Source: an uncultured cyanobacterium
Lineage (GTDB): Bacteria > Cyanobacteriota > Cyanobacteriia > Cyanobacteriales > Cyanobacteriaceae
Direction: 5' to 3'
Length of the DNA: 64,000 bases
Assembly: GCA_963710605.1 (NCBI GenBank)
Contig: CAVQBA010000007.1
Coordinates: 288,001-352,000, forward strand
Position 1 is the stretch's first letter. Every line of letters starts with the position of its first letter. A program made the translations under genes and the position numbers. The notes beneath the pieces were generated by a model that saw only the letters and a list, made by a program, of their open reading frames with translations, searched no databases and was not told the DNA's origin. Shown here piece after piece: positions 63,179-64,000 of this stretch.

Positions 63179-64000
63179 TCAGCGTATAAATTTGGGGCGT
63201 TGCAATTGAGTGTTGGTTAATATATCTTGCAATTTGTCCCATTTTTCGGTTTCAATATCATTAATCATTTCTTGTAAATTAGATTGATATTCTTTCAGAC
63301 AAGCTAACAATTCTGCTTGATTATATTGTGCCATCATTAATCCTAAATCTATATTGCCACCGCCTACTCGACTAGTATCTTTAAAACCTGAGCTGGCAAT
63401 TTTTTGTGCTAATTCCACTACTTCTTGGTTTTCGTGTTGAATACAACTAGCAATCAAGTTTGCACTTATCATCACAGGTAAATGAGAAATCCAAGCTACC
63501 GATCGATCGTGTATTTCTGGTGTAGCTTGATATATATTACAATTTAGTTGTTGCCAAATCTGACTAACTTTTTCCACTGCATCCAGATTAGTTTCCCGGA
63601 TGGGTGTAATCACACAAGGTGCATCCTTAAAAAGCTCATACTCAGCCGCTTCAATTCCCTGATTAGCTGTGCCTGCCATTGGGTGACTACCAACAAAATT
63701 TGACCATAATTGCGTTGCCGGATAAACGATCGCACTTTTAACTGAAGCAACATCAGTGATAATTGTCTTAGGAGATAGATAAGTAATTATTCTCTCTATA
63801 CTACTTAAAATAGTCGCAATCGGCGTACAAACAAAAATTAGGTCTGTTTTGCTCAAAATATCCCAATCGATCGAAGCATGAGTTACTACTTGTTTTTTAA
63901 TAGCTCGATCGCAAGTTGATTGTTGACGAGAAACACCAACAACTTCATACCCTAATTTAGTTAACTCTAATCCTAACGAACCACCAATCAAACCTAAACC
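63179..64000 (-). CDS. tyrA: Prephenate/arogenate dehydrogenase; 5' end outside the window
   Basis: GLGLIGGSLG, TDVASVK, GSHPMAG, SHLP and SSGFKDTSRVGGG motifs. Confidence 0.94.
   Translation of the reverse strand, partial: GLGLIGGSLGLELTKLGYEVVGVSRQQSTCDRAIKKQVVTHASIDWDILSKTDLIFVCTPIATILSSIERIITYLSPKTIITDVASVKSAIVYPATQLWSNFVGSHPMAGTANQGIEAAEYELFKDAPCVITPIRETNLDAVEKVSQIWQQLNCNIYQATPEIHDRSVAWISHLPVMISANLIASCIQHENQEVVELAQKIASSGFKDTSRVGGGNIDLGLMMAQYNQAELLACLKEYQSNLQEMINDIETEKWDKLQDILTNTQLQRPKFIR

Overview
AT-rich cyanobacterial chromosome segment, probably a Cyanobacterium/Geminocystis-like Chroococcales strain (inferred from gene content, low GC, abundant CGATCG/HIP1 sites and heptamer repeats). 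The backbone is mostly housekeeping: LysR regulator, ArnT-type transferase, hemF, 6S RNA, petN, HlyD adaptor, PAS-GGDEF-EAL, L,D-transpeptidase, moaD, ndk, prxQ, chlH, a giant TamB-like protein, ispE, ybeY, ktrB, an nrt ABC operon in B-A-C-D order, fumC, smtA/smtB, two tandem Ser/Thr kinases, lysC, a Rieske oxygenase, FHA-PAS-GGDEF, an MFS symporter, mntCAB, an RTX metalloprotease and tyrA. Three variable patches (about 13.7-15.5 kb, 19.9-24.9 kb and 59.0-59.7 kb) hold a RAYT transposase, intact and decayed toxin-antitoxin modules and pseudogenes. Four conserved genes (chlH, nrtA, fumC, mntC) carry single-base frameshifts, most likely sequencing errors. The most unusual signals are non-coding. 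A 50-bp GC-rich hairpin element is nested inside a second, covarying copy of itself (55441-55541). A protein-less IS200/IS605 miniature appears to keep a TnpB omega-RNA-like scaffold (5503-5728). IS-type terminal repeats sit at the centre of dispersed palindromes, and a 32-bp direct repeat brackets an orphan gene. No CRISPR array, rRNA or tRNA was seen. All family assignments come from motif recognition, not database searches.
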